Assembly (NCBI RefSeq): GCF_964213995.1
Contig: NW_027590119.1
Location: forward strand, 1,116,001-1,180,000
Direction: 5' to 3'
Length of the DNA: 64,000 nucleotides
Origin: Mustelus asterias
Lineage: Eukaryota
Of this stretch, positions 23,211 to 36,140 are shown piece after piece. Every line of letters begins with the position of its first letter. Position 1 is the first letter of the stretch. The notes under the pieces were generated by a model that was not told the DNA's origin, ran no database searches, and saw only the letters and a program-made list of their open reading frames with translations. The position numbers and the translations under genes were made by a program.

Positions 23211-24989
23211 GACAAACAGTTTATTGAGTTACGCCGGTGGGGAGAAGCCACAGGGGCTGACCATGTGCAACTCCACCCAACAAAGAATATCATCAATTCT
23301 TATCCAGTTACTCAGCTCATCCCGGCTGGACACAATCCAATCAGAATGGTTATAGATTACATACATTATAGGTTCAATAAAATTAGTATCTGGGCATTAT
23401 GGGGCTTTGTGATCATCTCATGGACAGGTGCCCCCATCATGATGCTTTCCAGACCCCCCCTTCGGGGGGGGGTCTTTCTTGGGTTTTCTTTGTACATAGA
23501 CTCCCTTAGTTAGAAATGGGGTGGATTAAAAGTTCTCAAATGGACGCAGCATCCTTCCTTTGTTTTAATCGAATGACCACATGGTCTGGGAATCATTTCT
23601 ATTTCATGCTCTCTCTTTTTAAACTCTTTTCTTCAGTATCCAATTCCAGAATTTTCCTTTTCATTGTGTTATTTGCGTCAGGAATAAATCTATGGACCTG
23701 ACAGGAAGTTTAACCCAAGATCAATCCAACACAGGATTGGTCAGAATCATTTCACGTGTCAAATTTTAAATAACCATTACAAATTAAAACTCTCATTCTC
23801 ACATGGGTGAATTGTATCTGGATTAAAATTCCCACATGTTGAGTAAAATATCCTGGAATCCTGTCTCTGGCCAGTAAATATGGCTCCAGGTTCATAACTT
23901 CTGAACAAAAAAAGTTTGATTGATCACACTTCCTTTTTTAAAAATCTGTTTGATTTAAATACCAGACAGAAAACCTCAAAGCTTGAAGCATTCATCCCAC
24001 AAATATCATCCACACACAAACAGAGAAACTTAGCATGTGCTTTACAACAACAATAACCAAAATTAATTACTGAAGTGTTCTTGTGATTCTGTTTTTAAAC
24101 TTCCAAAAATGCCTTTAATTAAAGACTCAAGGTGAGGTTAATTCCCCAGAAAGATAAACCTTAACAAATGTAGCCCAAAACAATGATAAAACATATCTAC
24201 AAACATCCACAGAAAACAAACAAAACACACAGATTCTCACAGCTCGTAAATTTCAAACAATGAATCTTCAGCATTCTCTCTCGCAGCTGTAGCTTCTTAA
24301 AGCGACAGAGCACTACAAGCTCACAACTCCTTGATTAAAATAAGATACAAGATCCTTCATTATAATTGAACCTTTTTAAAGCCAACCGACAAGGACTGAT
24401 TTTAGAGGCAACATCTTTGTTGATTTAAAATCCCAAACACGTTACACCCAAACACCGGCAAAATCTTTGTTCTTTATCTGGGGATAAAATTCTCAGTTAT
24501 TCCAAATTTCTCCAGGCGATGCTTAATATTTCCGCATTTAACTTATTCCCAGAAATCCTCAGTTATAAACTAAAATAGACACGTGTTTCCGGGCAGTCAC
24601 AGGAATGTGGTCAAGATAGTCCAGTCCCACAATGCCTCACATTCAATCTGCAGTCCTTCAATTATAACAGAATATGTGGCTGTATGTAGCTGCCTCGGCC
24701 ATGGTCAACCCCAACACTGCCTTCCTGAACTGCTGCAATGCCTGAGGTGTAAGTACACCCACAGTGCTGTTAGGGAGCGATTTCCAGCTACACATTCCAG
24801 ACTTTCACTAGCCTGCAGGTGGATATCAGATTGATATATTCCATTCAACCACACCCAAGGTGAGTTATTCCAATTCCGTTATTGTCCAGGACAATATATT
24901 CACAATATCTTTAAAACAGAAATTAAACATTCCCATTTGATTTCAGGTATTAACATATTCTGTTAGTTTGTTCTTTATTGTCAATGTCA

Positions 24990-25340
24990 GACTGGGGTTG
25001 TTTTCCTTGGAGCAAAGGAGGTTGAGGGGAGATTTGATAGAGGTGGACAAGATTCTGAGAGGTTTAGATAAGGTGGACAAAGAAAAGCTGTTCCCAATAG
25101 CTGAAGGGACAAGACGAGGGGGACACAGATTTCTTGTTTTGGGTCAGAGATGCAAGAGGGGGAGTGGGGGGGGGGGGGGGGTGGAGGGGGGGAGTGGGGG
25201 GCGGGGGGGCAATGTGAGGAAGAATATTCTGATGCAGTGAATGGTAATGACCTGAAAGTCACTGCCTACGAGGGTGGAGGAAGTGGAGACAATAAACAAT
25301 TACAAAGGAAATTGGATGGGCATTTGGGATGTTCCAAACA
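24990..25340 (+). mobile_element. CR1 3' fragment with G-rich expansion
   Basis: LGLFSLEQRRLRGDLIEV; inverted paralog of 4395-4722. Confidence 0.8.
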
Positions 25341-25344
25341 GAAC

Positions 25345-26392
25345 GAAGAACAAAGAAAATTACAGCACAGAAACAAGCCCTTTGGCCCTCCAAGCCTGCA
25401 GCAACCATTCTGCCCGTCTGAACTAAAACCCCCTACCTTTCCGGGGACCATATCCCTCTATTCCTATGCTATTCATATATTTGTCAAGACACATCTTAAA
25501 GTCACTATCGTATCTGCTTCCACTACCTTCCCCGGCAATGAGTTCCAGGCACCCACCACCCTCTGTGTAAAAAACCTGCCTTGTACATCTCCTTTAAACC
25601 TTGCCCCTCGCACCTTAAACCTGTGTCCCCTAGTAACTGACTCTTCCACCCTGGGAAAAAGCTTCTGAATATCCACTCTGTCTTGTAGACTTCTATCAGG
25701 TCTCCCCTCAACCTCCGTCATTCCAGTGAGAACAAACCAAGTTCCTCCAACCTCTCCTCATAGCTAATGCCCTCCACACCAGGCAACATCCTGATAAATA
25801 TTTTCCGTACCCTCTCCAAAGCCTCCACATCCTTCTGGTAGTGTGGTGACCAGAACTGAACACTAGATTCCAAGTGCGGTCTAACTAAGTTTCTATAAAG
25901 CTGCAACATGACTTACCAATTTTTAAACTCAATGCCCCGGCCGATAAAGGCAAGCATGCCGTATGCCTTCTTGACTATCTTCTCCACCTGCGTTGCCACT
26001 TTCAATGACCTGTGTACCTGAACACCCAGATCCCTCTGCCTATGAATACTCTTAAGGGTTCTGCCATTTGCTGTATATTTCCCACCTGTATTTGACCTTC
26101 CAAAATTCATTACCTCACATTTGTCCGGATTAAACTTCATCTGCCATCTCTCTGCCCAAGTCTCCAACTGATCTATATCCTGCTGTATCCTCTGCCGGTC
26201 CCCATTGCTATCCGCAATTCTACCAACCTTTGTGTCGTCCACAAACTTACCAATCAAACCAGTTACATTTTCCTCCAAATCATTTATATATATTACAAAC
26301 AGCAAAAGTCCCAGCACTGATCCCTGAGGAACGTCACTTGTCACAGCCCTCCATTCAGAAATGTACCTTTGCACTGCCAACCTCTGTTTTCT
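25345..26392 (-). mobile_element. 5'-truncated CR1
   Basis: [30 protein letters not shown]; same subfamily as 9460-11582; absent from the paralogous site at ~4395. Confidence 0.9.
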
Positions 26393-26631
26393 TCTGACTA
26401 AATATCTCTGAACTTCCTAACACCCTGTCACTCTGTGATCCTTGTGACATTTGAAACCAGGTATTCACAAAAAGACTGAAAGAACATCAGCCCACTGGAG
26501 GCTGAGACTGGCCAGTCCAGCAGAAAGAAACCCTCTGACCCTTCCCATTGACCAACTGTGAGAATGAACAAAATGCAGTCCTGGATGGAATTGAGAGCAG
26601 AAACAATAACAGCAGAATCCAACTCCTGTCA

Positions 26632-27642
26632 TCACTCATGAACTTGCTGATGTCTCAGCAGCCGGGATGAAACTCTGAATCCCTTCCCACACACAGAGCC
26701 GGTGAACGGCCTCTCCCCAGTGTGAACTCGCTGGTGTGCCTGCAGGTGGAATAACCGAGTGAATCCCTTCCCACACTGAGAGCAGGTGAATGGCCTCTCC
26801 CCAGTGTGAACTTGCTGGTGTCTCTGCAGGTGGGATAACTGAGTGAATCCCTTCCCACACTGAGAGCAGGTGAATGGCCTCTCCCCAGTGTGAAGTCGCT
26901 GGTGAGCCCGCAAATTGGATAACTGAGTGAATCCCTTCCCACACTGAGAGCAGGTGAATGGTCTCTCCCCAGTGTGAACTTGCTGGTGTGCCTGCAGGTG
27001 GGATGACTGAGTGAATCCCTTCCCACACTGAGAGCAGGTGAAGGGCCTCTCCCCAGTGTGAACTCGCTGGTGTGCCCACAGCTCGGATGACTGGGTGAAT
27101 CCCTTTCCACACTGAGAGCAGGTGAATGGCCTCTCCCCAGTGTGAAGTCGCTGGTGAGCCCGCAAATTGGATAACTGAGTGAATCCCTTCCCACACTGAG
27201 AGCAGGTGAAGGGCCTTTCCCCAGTGTGAACTCGCTGGTGTGTCCGCAGGGTGGATAAACAAGTGAATCCCTCCCCACACTGAGAGCAGGTGAATGGCCT
27301 CTCCCCAGTGTGAACTCGCTCGTGTGTCCGCAGGGTAGATAACTGAATGAATCCCTTCCCACACTGAGAGCAAGTGAATGGCCTCACCCCAGTGTGAACT
27401 CGCTGGTGTGTCTGCAGGTGGGATGACTGCGTGAATCCCTTCCCACATTCAGAGCAGGTGAATGGCCTCTCCCCAGTGTGAACTCGCTCGTGTGTCCGCA
27501 GGCTGGATAACTGAATGAATCCCTTCTCACACTGAGAGCAGGTGAATGGTCTCTCCCCAGTGTGGCTGCGCCGATGAACTTCCAGCAGGGATGGGTATCT
27601 GTATCCCTTCCCACAGTCTGCACATTTCCACGGTTTCTCCAT
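26632..27642 (-). CDS. Intact KRAB-less C2H2 zinc-finger protein F, 336 aa, 11 complete fingers plus 1 degenerate
   Basis: ACCATGG start at 27642, [10 protein letters not shown]; uninterrupted TGERP-linked fingers; last finger GSVC. Acceptor TTTTACAG|G at 27994, donor GTGAGT at 29669. Confidence 0.9.
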   Translation of the reverse strand: MEKPWKCADCGKGYRYPSLLEVHRRSHTGERPFTCSQCEKGFIQLSSLRTHERVHTGERPFTCSECGKGFTQSSHLQTHQRVHTGVRPFTCSQCGKGFIQLSTLRTHERVHTGERPFTCSQCGEGFTCLSTLRTHQRVHTGERPFTCSQCGKGFTQLSNLRAHQRLHTGERPFTCSQCGKGFTQSSELWAHQRVHTGERPFTCSQCGKGFTQSSHLQAHQQVHTGERPFTCSQCGKGFTQLSNLRAHQRLHTGERPFTCSQCGKGFTQLSHLQRHQQVHTGERPFTCSQCGKGFTRLFHLQAHQRVHTGERPFTGSVCGKGFRVSSRLLRHQQVHE

Positions 27643-28314
27643 GGTGCAGGTGTCCTTACCTCTCTCTTGGGTGGACAATTAGTTGAAACTTTGTCCACAC
27701 ACAGAACAAGATTACAGTCTCTACCCGCTGTGAATGGTGTGATATTTATTCAGACTGTGTAACTGGTTAAAGCTCTTTAGTCAGTGCATTGGAACACACT
27801 CACTCGAGTGTAGCAGTGTGTTGATGCTTTTCCACTCACACTGACATTTCAAATCTTTTCAAATCGACAGACTGAACAATCATTTCTCCTTCTGGATTCA
27901 AAGTCCGATGATATTGAGGTCCCAAGGAATAAGACTCTGTCAGATCGAGACGTGACGTTTGAGATTTCAGCCTGTGATTCCTCTTTCAATATCCTGTAAA
28001 ATGAGTTTCCAAAAGTCATCAGTGTCAGTACAGGATAGAAATTCAGAACAGACAATTTCTATGGAACATTCTTTCCTCTCTCATTCCCCAGAAGCTGTAA
28101 ATCTCCATTCCACACACACTCTCCCCATTCTCAGCAGGTCTGGCAGCATCTGTATGGAGAGAAAAGAACTGATGTTTCAGAGCTTTGACAAAGGGTCATC
28201 GAGACAAGAAACATCAGCTCTTTTCTCTCCTTACAGATGCTGCCAGACCTGCTGAGATTTTCCAGCATTTTCTCTCTTGGTTTCAGATTCCAGCATCCGC
28301 AGTAATTTGCTTTT

Positions 28315-29520
28315 ATAAGGCTGCAGATACCTCCTCCCAAGTAACATGCGTGTGCCCAAGACATCACCACTTGTTTCCCTTATTTCTTTCGCACCCATGG
28401 TGCTCTCCGTAGTAAACACAGAGGAGAAGTATTCATTAAAAATCTCACCCATCTCCTGTGGCTCCACACACAGATGGCCATACTGATTTTTAAGGGGATC
28501 TATTTTCTCTCTGGCCACCCTTTTACTCTTAATATAGTGATAGAACCTCTTGGAATTTTCTTTAATCTTACCTGCCAGATCCATATCATACCCTCTTTTT
28601 GTCCTTCTCATTTCCCTCTTCAGTATTTTCTTACACTTTTTATAGTCAGAGTGATTCACTTGTCCCCGATTGCCTAAACCCAATGTATGCTTCCTTCTTT
28701 TACCTGACCAGAGCCTCAATGTCCCTTGTCTGCCAGAGATCCCTAAATTTACCAGTCTTTCCCTGCATCTTAACAGGAATATACTGCCCCTGGACTCTTG
28801 ATATCACACTTTTAAAACCTCCCATTTGCCAGTCATTCCTTTCCCTTCAAACAAACTCACGTAATCGACATCTGCTAGATCCTGCCTAATGCCCACAAAA
28901 GTGGCCCTGCTCCAGTTTAGGGCCTTGACCTGTGGACCTGTCCTATTTTTTTCCAGAACTATTTTGAAACTATTGGTGCTCCCAATAGTGCTCCCTGACT
29001 GACACTTCAGTCACTTGCTCCACCTCATTTCTTAACTGTCTAATAGAAAGTGAGTCCAGGAATTGATGATGAAAAATAAGGAGCTGGGAGATGAATTGAA
29101 CAAGTATTTTGCCTCGGTGTTCACAATAGAGGATACAGTTAAAACTCAGAAACAGCTGGAAATCAGAAAACAGAAGTGTGGGATGAACTCTGAAAAAGGA
29201 CAATTCCCAGGGAAGTGGTCCTCAGCAAACTGTTGGAGCTGTGGGCTGATGAGTCCTCGGGTCCTGCTGGGCTTCATTCTCGGGTCTTGACAGAATGAGA
29301 TAGTTGATGTGTTGTTCAATTTTCTATAATTCCTCATCGGGAATTGGATAAAGGGAAACCGGTGGATGCGTTGTACTTAGATTTCCAGAAGACATTTGAT
29401 GAGGTGCCGCATCAAAGGTTATTGCAGCAAATAAAAATTCATGCTGCGGGGATGACATATTGGCGTGGATAGAAGATTGGCTAACAGCAAACAGTGGGCA
29501 GAAATGGATCATTTTCTGGT
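28315..29520. mobile_element. CR1 fragments in intron 1 of gene F (28315-29030 -, 29050-29520 +)
   Basis: IKENSKRFYHYIKSKR..LCVEPQEMGEIFNEYFSSVFT on -; ELNKYFASVFT and YLDFQKTFD on +. Confidence 0.8.
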
Positions 29521-29669
29521 TGAAGAGAGAGAGAAACCTGGGCCAACCTTTCCAGAGTCTGCACGCTCCCTGGATTCACTTCCTTTGCCTTCAGTTGCTG
29601 CAAGTCCCCAATTTCCCCCAGAATGAGAAAAGAAATGGAAAGGATGAGAAAAGAAAGTGTTTTACTCAC

Positions 29670-30175
29670 AGATGTTGGAGACAGGGGGAAGTTTGAGTCT
29701 GTCTGAAGATCAATCTTCATTCACACAAAGCCCACGCTCTGATTGGCTGGAAGACCAGAGTCCTCCCAGTCCTTCAACTCTTCCCATTGGTCAACACCTC
29801 AGCATGAAGATCAGAGGGTGGGTTCTCCCCCGCACATGTGCAGCTTCCCCTCTCCCTCGCACATTTGCAGTCCCAGGCGGGGGGGGGGGGGGGGGGGGGG
29901 CGGGGTGCGATCACCGAGCGGCTTCTCGCTCTGGCCGGAGCCGGCAGCCAGTTGTCTGGAAACCGTGGCTGGAAGAGGTGTAGGGGGAGGGGAACAATGG
30001 GTGGGGGCGGGGCTCCCGGGTCCGCGCGCCCGGGCCTGCGCAATGGAACCCGGAGATGTCACCCGGAGCAGAGAGATTTCTATTGGCTGATTCAGGCAGG
30101 GCTCTATCGTGACGTCACAATGCAGAAGTTGTCCAATGAGCTTCAGAGTGAAACTTCCTCCTCTGGGCAACATCT
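29670..30175. promoter_or_regulatory. CpG-island bidirectional promoter for genes F (-) and G (+)
   Basis: ATTGG ~29742, ~29786 and ~30082; GC boxes; perfect CRE TGACGTCA 30110-30117; poly-G 29879-29901. Confidence 0.7.
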
Positions 30176-30925
30176 GGGAGGAAATCAATGTTTCCCCCTT
30201 TCCATTTCTTTCCTCATTCTGGGGGAAATTGGGGACTTGCAGCAACTGAAGGGAATGAAGTGAATTCGGTCTGTATATTCCACACATTTTTACTCCAGTA
30301 ATGTAGACATTTATCTGTCTGGCAGCCTGCATGGAAATTTCCAGCTCTCTCTGTGTCCAGGACAGGAAGCAGTGAGCATGGATCTGTCAATCAGCCTCAA
30401 TCAGCACCTTCAGGAGAATTGGGATGGTGAATATTAGATACAGCAGAGTGAGAATGGAGGGAGAGTGTGTGGGATGGAGATTTACAGCTTTGAGGAATGA
30501 GAGAGAAAAGAATGTTCCATAGAAATTAGAATTGTCTGTTCTGAATTTCTATCCTGTGCTGACACTGATGACTTTTGTAAATTCCTTTTGCAGGATATCA
30601 GAAAATGTAAAGACGAATATGAAACCAAACTTCACATCAAAATCTAACATAGTCACTCAGTTCATTGGGATCTGAATATCATCGACTTTTGAATCTAGAA
30701 TGGAAATGTTTCTCTGCTCTGTCTGCTTCGGGAGATTTTAAACAGTGTGACTGGAAAAGCACCGAGACACACACACACTGAAACATGCACACACCCGAGT
30801 GACTGTGGAAAGAACTTTAACCAGTTAAACAGCCTGAAAATACATTGCAGCAGAGAGACCGCACCCATGTTATGTTGTAACTGAACTGATTGTCAAGCCT
30901 GGAGAGTCGCAAGGACACCCGCACC

Positions 30926-31599
30926 ATGGAGAAATTGTGTAAATGTGGGGACTGTGGGAAAGGATTCAGGTTCCCATCTGCACTGGAAACTCATCGGCGC
31001 AGTCACACTGGAGAGAGACCATTCACCTGCTGTGTGTGTGGGAAGGGATTCACTCAGTTATCCCATTTACAAACACACCAGGGAGTTCACACTGGGGAGA
31101 GACCGTTCACCTGCTCTGTGTGTGGGAAAGGATTCTCTCGGTTAAACAATCTGCTAACCCACCAGCGCATTCACACCGGGGAGAGGCCGTTCACCTGCTC
31201 TGTGTGTGGGAAAGAGTTCACTCGGTTGAACAATCTGTTGACACACCAATGGGTTCACACAGAGAGAGACCGTACACCTGCTCTGTGTGTGGGAAGGGAT
31301 TCACTCAGTTGCCCAACCTGTTGAGCCACAAGGTCACTCACACCCAGGAGAGACCCTTTAAATGCTCTGACTGTGGGAGTGGCTTCAAAAGCTCTCGGGA
31401 ACTGATGGTCCACCAACCCATTCACACTGACGAGAGACCGTTTAGCTGCTCTCACTGCTCAAAGAGGTTTAGGAGGTCATCCACATGGCGGAGACACCAG
31501 CGGGTTCACACCGGGGAGAGACGGTTCACCTGCTCTGTGTGTGGGAAGGGATTCAATCGGTCATCCAACCTGCAGAGACACCAACAAGTTCACAAGTGA
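30926..31599 (+). pseudogene. C2H2 zinc-finger pseudogene G (4 + 4 fingers)
   Basis: ATG 30926 MEKLCKC; 1-nt deletion in a linker at ~31260; exon-1 donor mutated to CATCT|GGGAGG at ~30176. Confidence 0.85.
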
Positions 31600-31617
31600 T
31601 TGCAGGGGTTGGATTCT

Positions 31618-31816
31618 TTCTCTCTCAATCTTTCTCTTCCCCCCCCCCTGCTCTTTCCCAGCCCCCCGCCCCCACTCTTCCCCCCCCTGCTCTTCCCCCC
31701 CCTGCTCTTCCCCCCCCCCGCTCTTCCCCCCCCCGCTCTTCCCCCCCCCCGCTCTTCCCCCCCCCCCCGCCCCCCTGCTCTTCCCCCCCCCCCGCCCCCC
31801 CTGCTCTTTCCCCCCA
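31618..31816. repeat. Polypyrimidine/polypurine tract (C6-10 TGCTCTT)n
   Basis: Seen directly; almost no A on the + strand. Confidence 0.9.
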
Positions 31817-32048
31817 CCTGCAGGGTGGATGAATCTCTGACTCCCTTCCCACACTGTGAGCAGGTGACTAGCCTCTCCTCAGTGTGAATTCGCTGGTGTC
31901 TCAGCAGATTCGATGAATGATTGGTTCCCTTCCCACAAGTGGAGCATATGAACGGTCTCTCCCCGGTGTGACTGCGTCGATGAGATTCCACCCCAGATGG
32001 GGCTCTGAATCCCTTCCCACAGTCTCCACATTTCCATGGTTTCTCCAT
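31817..32048 (-). pseudogene. C2H2 zinc-finger pseudogene H (2 fingers plus a truncated third)
   Basis: ATG 32048 [10 protein letters not shown]; third finger ends at SSTLQ against the G/C tract. Confidence 0.85.
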
Positions 32049-32297
32049 GGTGTCGGAGTCCTTGTGTCTCTCCACAATCAGTGCACTGGAACACTCTGAT
32101 ACGGGTGTGAGAATCTCAGTGCTTTTCCAGTCAAAACCTCTCCTTCCAATATCCACTGAAAGGAGTTTACAAAAATCATCACTGTCAGCACATGATAGAA
32201 ATTCAAAACAGACAATTGTAGTTTCTATGGAACATTCTTTAAATCTCCACCCACGCCCCTCACACATACACTCTCTCTCTCATTCCATTTAGCATTC

Positions 32298-32562
32298 TGC
32301 AGCATGGTGACACAGTGGTTAGCACTGCAGCCTCACAGTGCCAGGGACCCGGGCTCGATTTCCGGCTTGGGTCACTGTCTGTGTGGAGTTTGCACGTTCT
32401 CCCCGTGTCTGCATGAGTTTCCTCCCTCATTCTGAAAGACGTGCTGGTTCGGTGCATCGACCCGGACAGGTGCCGGAGTGTGACAACTAGGAGAATTTCA
32501 CACTAACTTCATTGCAGTGTTAATATAAGCCTTACTTGTGACTAATAAATAAACCTTAAACT
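32298..32562 (+). mobile_element. tRNA-derived SINE
   Basis: SINE head and CTTGTGACTAATAAATAAAC tail. Confidence 0.85.
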
Positions 32563-32814
32563 TTAATATACACTACCCAATTCTCCTGAAGGTGCTAATT
32601 AATGCTGATCGACACTCACCATTTCATGTTCCTGACAGATCGTAAGAAATAGTTAGAAATTCAGCCCACCAAGCTGTTCAATTGAATTCTTTTTATTCAT
32701 TTATGGGACATGGGTTGCTGGCTGGCCAGCATTTATTACCCATCCCTCGTTGCCATTGGAGGGCAGTTGAGAGTCAACCACATTGTTGTGGCTTTGGAGT
32801 CACATGTTGGCCAG

Positions 32815-33606
32815 GCCAAGTGTGAGGTATTGCACTTTGGAAGGACAAACCAAGGTAGAACATACAAGGTAAATGGTCGGCACTGAAGAGTGCAGTAGAA
32901 CAGTGGGATCTGGGAATACAGATACATAATTTCCTAAAAGTGGCGTCACAGGTAGATAGGGTCATAAAGAGTGCTTTTGGTACATTGGCCTTTATAAATC
33001 AAAGTATCGAGTATGAGAGTTGGAGTGTTATGGTGAGGTTGTATAAGACATTGGTGAGGCCGAATTTAGAGTATTGTGTGCAGTTTTGGTCACCTAATTA
33101 CAGGAAGGATATTAATAAAGTTGAAAGAGTGCAGAGAAGGTTTACAAGGATGTTGCCGGGACTTGAGAAACTGAGTTACAGAGAAAAGTTGAATAGGTTA
33201 GGACTTTATTCCCTGGAGCGTAGAAGAATGAGAGGAGATTTGATAGAGGTGTATAAGATTTTGATGGGTATAGATAGAGTGAATGCAAGCAGGCTTTTTC
33301 CAGCGAGGCCAGGGGAGAAAAAAACCAGAGGGCATGGGTTAAGGGCGAAAGGAGAAAAGTTTAAAGGGAATATTAGGGGGGGGCTTCTTCACGCAGAGAG
33401 TGATGGGAGTCTGGAATGAGCTGCCGGATAAAGTGGTGAATGCTTTTAACATTTAAGAAAAACTTGGACGGGTTCATGGATGAGAGGGGTGTGGAGGGAT
33501 ATGGTCCAAGTGCAGGTCAGTGGGACGAGGCAAAAAAATGGTTCAGCACAGCCAAGAAGGGGCAAAAGGCCTGTTTCTGTGCTTTAATGTTCTATGGTTC
33601 TATGGT
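32815..33606 (+). mobile_element. CR1 3' fragment
   Basis: KCEVLHFG, LVRPNLEYCVQFWSP, RGDLIEVYK; (TTCTATGG)n tail. Confidence 0.9.
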
Positions 33607-33764
33607 CTGAAAACATGTACCAAACGACTCAAGAACAACTTCTTCCGACTGTCATGTTTGAATGGTCCTATCATATATTAAGCTGATCTTTCTCTTCACC
33701 CTACCTGTACCCGCACCCTATCCTTTCCTTCTCCCCATGTACTCCATGAAAGGTATGCTTTGTC

Positions 33765-34082
33765 CTAACTGTATGCTAACTGTCCTGGCTGGAGACAATA
33801 CACATCTCTTTAACCTGTGCTTAACCCTTTCTCCACTCACATTATCTGTACCTTTAAAGACTTGATTACCTGTAAAGACTCGCATTCCAATCATTATTTT
33901 GTAAATTGAGTTTGTGTCTTTATATGCCCTGTTTGTGAACAGAACTCCCACTTACGTGATGAAGGAGCAGTGCTCCAAAACCTAGTGGCTTGTGCTACCA
34001 AATAAACCTGTTGGACTTTAACCTGGTGTTGTGAGACTTCTTACTGTGTTTACCCCAGTCCAACACCGGCATCTCCACATCT
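33765..34082 (+). mobile_element. Penelope-like terminal repeat
   Basis: Ends in the CCTGGTGTTGTGAGACTTCTTACTG..CATCTCCACATC motif shared with 22790-22856 and 43800-43856. Confidence 0.55.
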
Positions 34083-34389
34083 TGGAAATATATCGCCGTT
34101 CCTTCGCAGTCGCTGGGTCAAAATGCTGGAATTTCCTCCCTACCAGCAGGGTGGATGTACTTGCACAACATGGACTGCAGTGGGTTCAGGTCCCATACAT
34201 CACAAAGGTAGACACTCCTGCGCCCCCTACAAACATGGCGATCGCACCTGCACCCTGCTGCACATTGCCCCTCACAAAGATGCCGGCCGCACTTGCGCAC
34301 TGATAGACATTGCCACCGACAGATTGACGGCCGTCAGCCCAGGCCCAACACGACAAGTTGCGCCTCCAATTTGGTACCAACAGGACGCC

Positions 34390-34900
34390 CGGAAAGTTTG
34401 AGTTTGGGTTTGAGTTTGAACAACATGTTTACGAAGCCTCTCCACCCACCCGCCACATTCACCTCTCTCGACGCGCCGCCCTTTACCTTGAACTGATCTC
34501 GGATTCGAGTTAAAACCGTCCGTCCGCCGCCATTAACCGCACTGCGCATGCTTCAGACCCCTCCCCCTATTCACGCTGGTTGGAGGACCAGCCGCTCCCG
34601 CTCGGTCCTCCAGCTCCGCCCCCTTTTTCTATTGGTCCGGAGCTGCCGTCAATCAGTCCCCGGGCATTGTGACGTTGGGCATGCGCAGTGCGGCTCATGT
34701 CCAGGGACAGGCGCTTGTTTGTCTGATCTTCAGGCGGGAAGGAGGCGGATAAGCGGAGGCAGCGTTCGGGGCAGTGGGTGGGAGGGGAGGCTCCACACAC
34801 CCAGTGGAGGCTTCAACACCCCCAATAAGGAACGAGCGGCACCGCCTCGACACCCAACACAACGGCAGCTGCAGCGCTTTCTCCCGGGGCCAGGCCCCAG
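34390..34900. promoter_or_regulatory. CpG-island promoter, probably for genes H (-) and I (+)
   Basis: TGCGCATGC ~34543, GCATGCGCA ~34679, CTCCGCCCC ~34614, ATTGG ~34631, TGACGT ~34670. Confidence 0.6.
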
Positions 34901-34929
34901 TGGACAAATGTGGCTTCAGGAAGGAAATG

Positions 34930-36140
34930 CAGCAATGGGTTTGATTTGATTTATTGTCACATGTATTGGGATACAGTGAAAAGTATTGTTTCTTGCGCGG
35001 TATACAGACAAAGCATACTGTTCATAGAGTACATAGGGGAGTAGGAAAGGAGAGAGTGCAGAAAGGGTGAAGAGAAAGATCAGCTTAATATGAGGTAGGT
35101 CCATTCAAAAGGAGGAGGCTTTGGAGAGGGTACAGAAAAGATTTACCAGGATGTTGCCTGGTGTGGAGGGCATTAGCTATGAGGAGAGGTTGGAGAAACT
35201 TGGTTTGTTCTCACTGGAACAACGGAGGTTGAGGAGTGACCTGACAGAAGTCTACACGATTATGAGGGGCATGGACAGAGTGGATAGTCAGAAGCTTTTT
35301 CCCAGGATGGAAGAGTCAATTACTAGGGGGCACAGGTTTAATGTGTGAGGGGTAAGGTTTAAAGGAGATGTACGAGACAGGTTTTTTACACAGAGGGTGG
35401 TGGGTGCCTGGAACTCGCTGCCGGGGGAGATAGTGGAAGCAGATATGATGGTGACTTTTAAGGGGCGTCTTGACAAATACATGAATAGGATGGGAATAGA
35501 GGGATATGGTCCCCGGAAGGGTAGGGGGTTTTAGTTAAGTCGGGCAGCATGGTCGGTGCAGGCTTGAAAGGTCAAAGGGCCTGTTCCTGTGCTGTAATTT
35601 TCTTTGTTCTTTGTTTGTAAAAGTCTGGTGGCAGCAGGGAAGAAGCTGTTCTTGAGTCGGTTGGTTTGTGACCTCAGACTTTTGTATCTTTTTCCCGACG
35701 GAAGAAGATAGAAAAGAGAATGTCCAGGATACGTGGGGTCCTTGATTATGCTGGCTGCTTTTCTGAGGCAATAGGAAATGTAGACAGTGTCAATGGATAA
35801 GAGGCTGATTTGCGTGATGGACTGGGCCACATTCACACCCCTTCTAGTTTTTTGCACTCTTGGTCAGAGCAGCAGCAACACCAAGCTGTGATACAACTGG
35901 ATGGGATGCTTTCTGTGGTGTCCCTGTAAAAATTGGTGAGAGTCGTAGCTGACATGTCGACATGTTGAATTTCCTTAGCCTCCTGAGAAAGTCGAGGCGT
36001 TGGTGGGCTTTCTTAACTAAAGCAGCAGTATAGAGGGACCAGGACAGGTTGTTGTGATCTGAACACCGAGAAACTTGAGCTCTCAACCATTTCCACTTTG
36101 TCACCATTGATGTAGACAGGGCATGTCTTCCACTACATTG
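34930..36140 (-). mobile_element. Rex1/Babar-like LINE 3' fragment interrupted by CR1
   Basis: VKKAHQRLDFLRRLRK and CLRKAASIIKDPTYPGHSLFYLLPSGKRY..RLKNSFFP; 3' UTR resumes at 35110-34930. Confidence 0.7.
35112..35615 (+). mobile_element. 5'-truncated CR1
   Basis: ALERVQKRFTRMLPG..; same 3' UTR as 11480-11582. Confidence 0.9.

Noticed and set aside
23451-23475. AGACCCCCCC-TTCGG-GGGGGGGTCT hairpin followed by T-rich sequence, like an intrinsic terminator
   Set aside because: Eukaryotic context, homopolymer stem, no associated gene
31590-32267. 225-aa ZNF plus Gly/Arg-rich fusion protein
   Set aside because: The tail is translation of the G-run tract after a truncated finger
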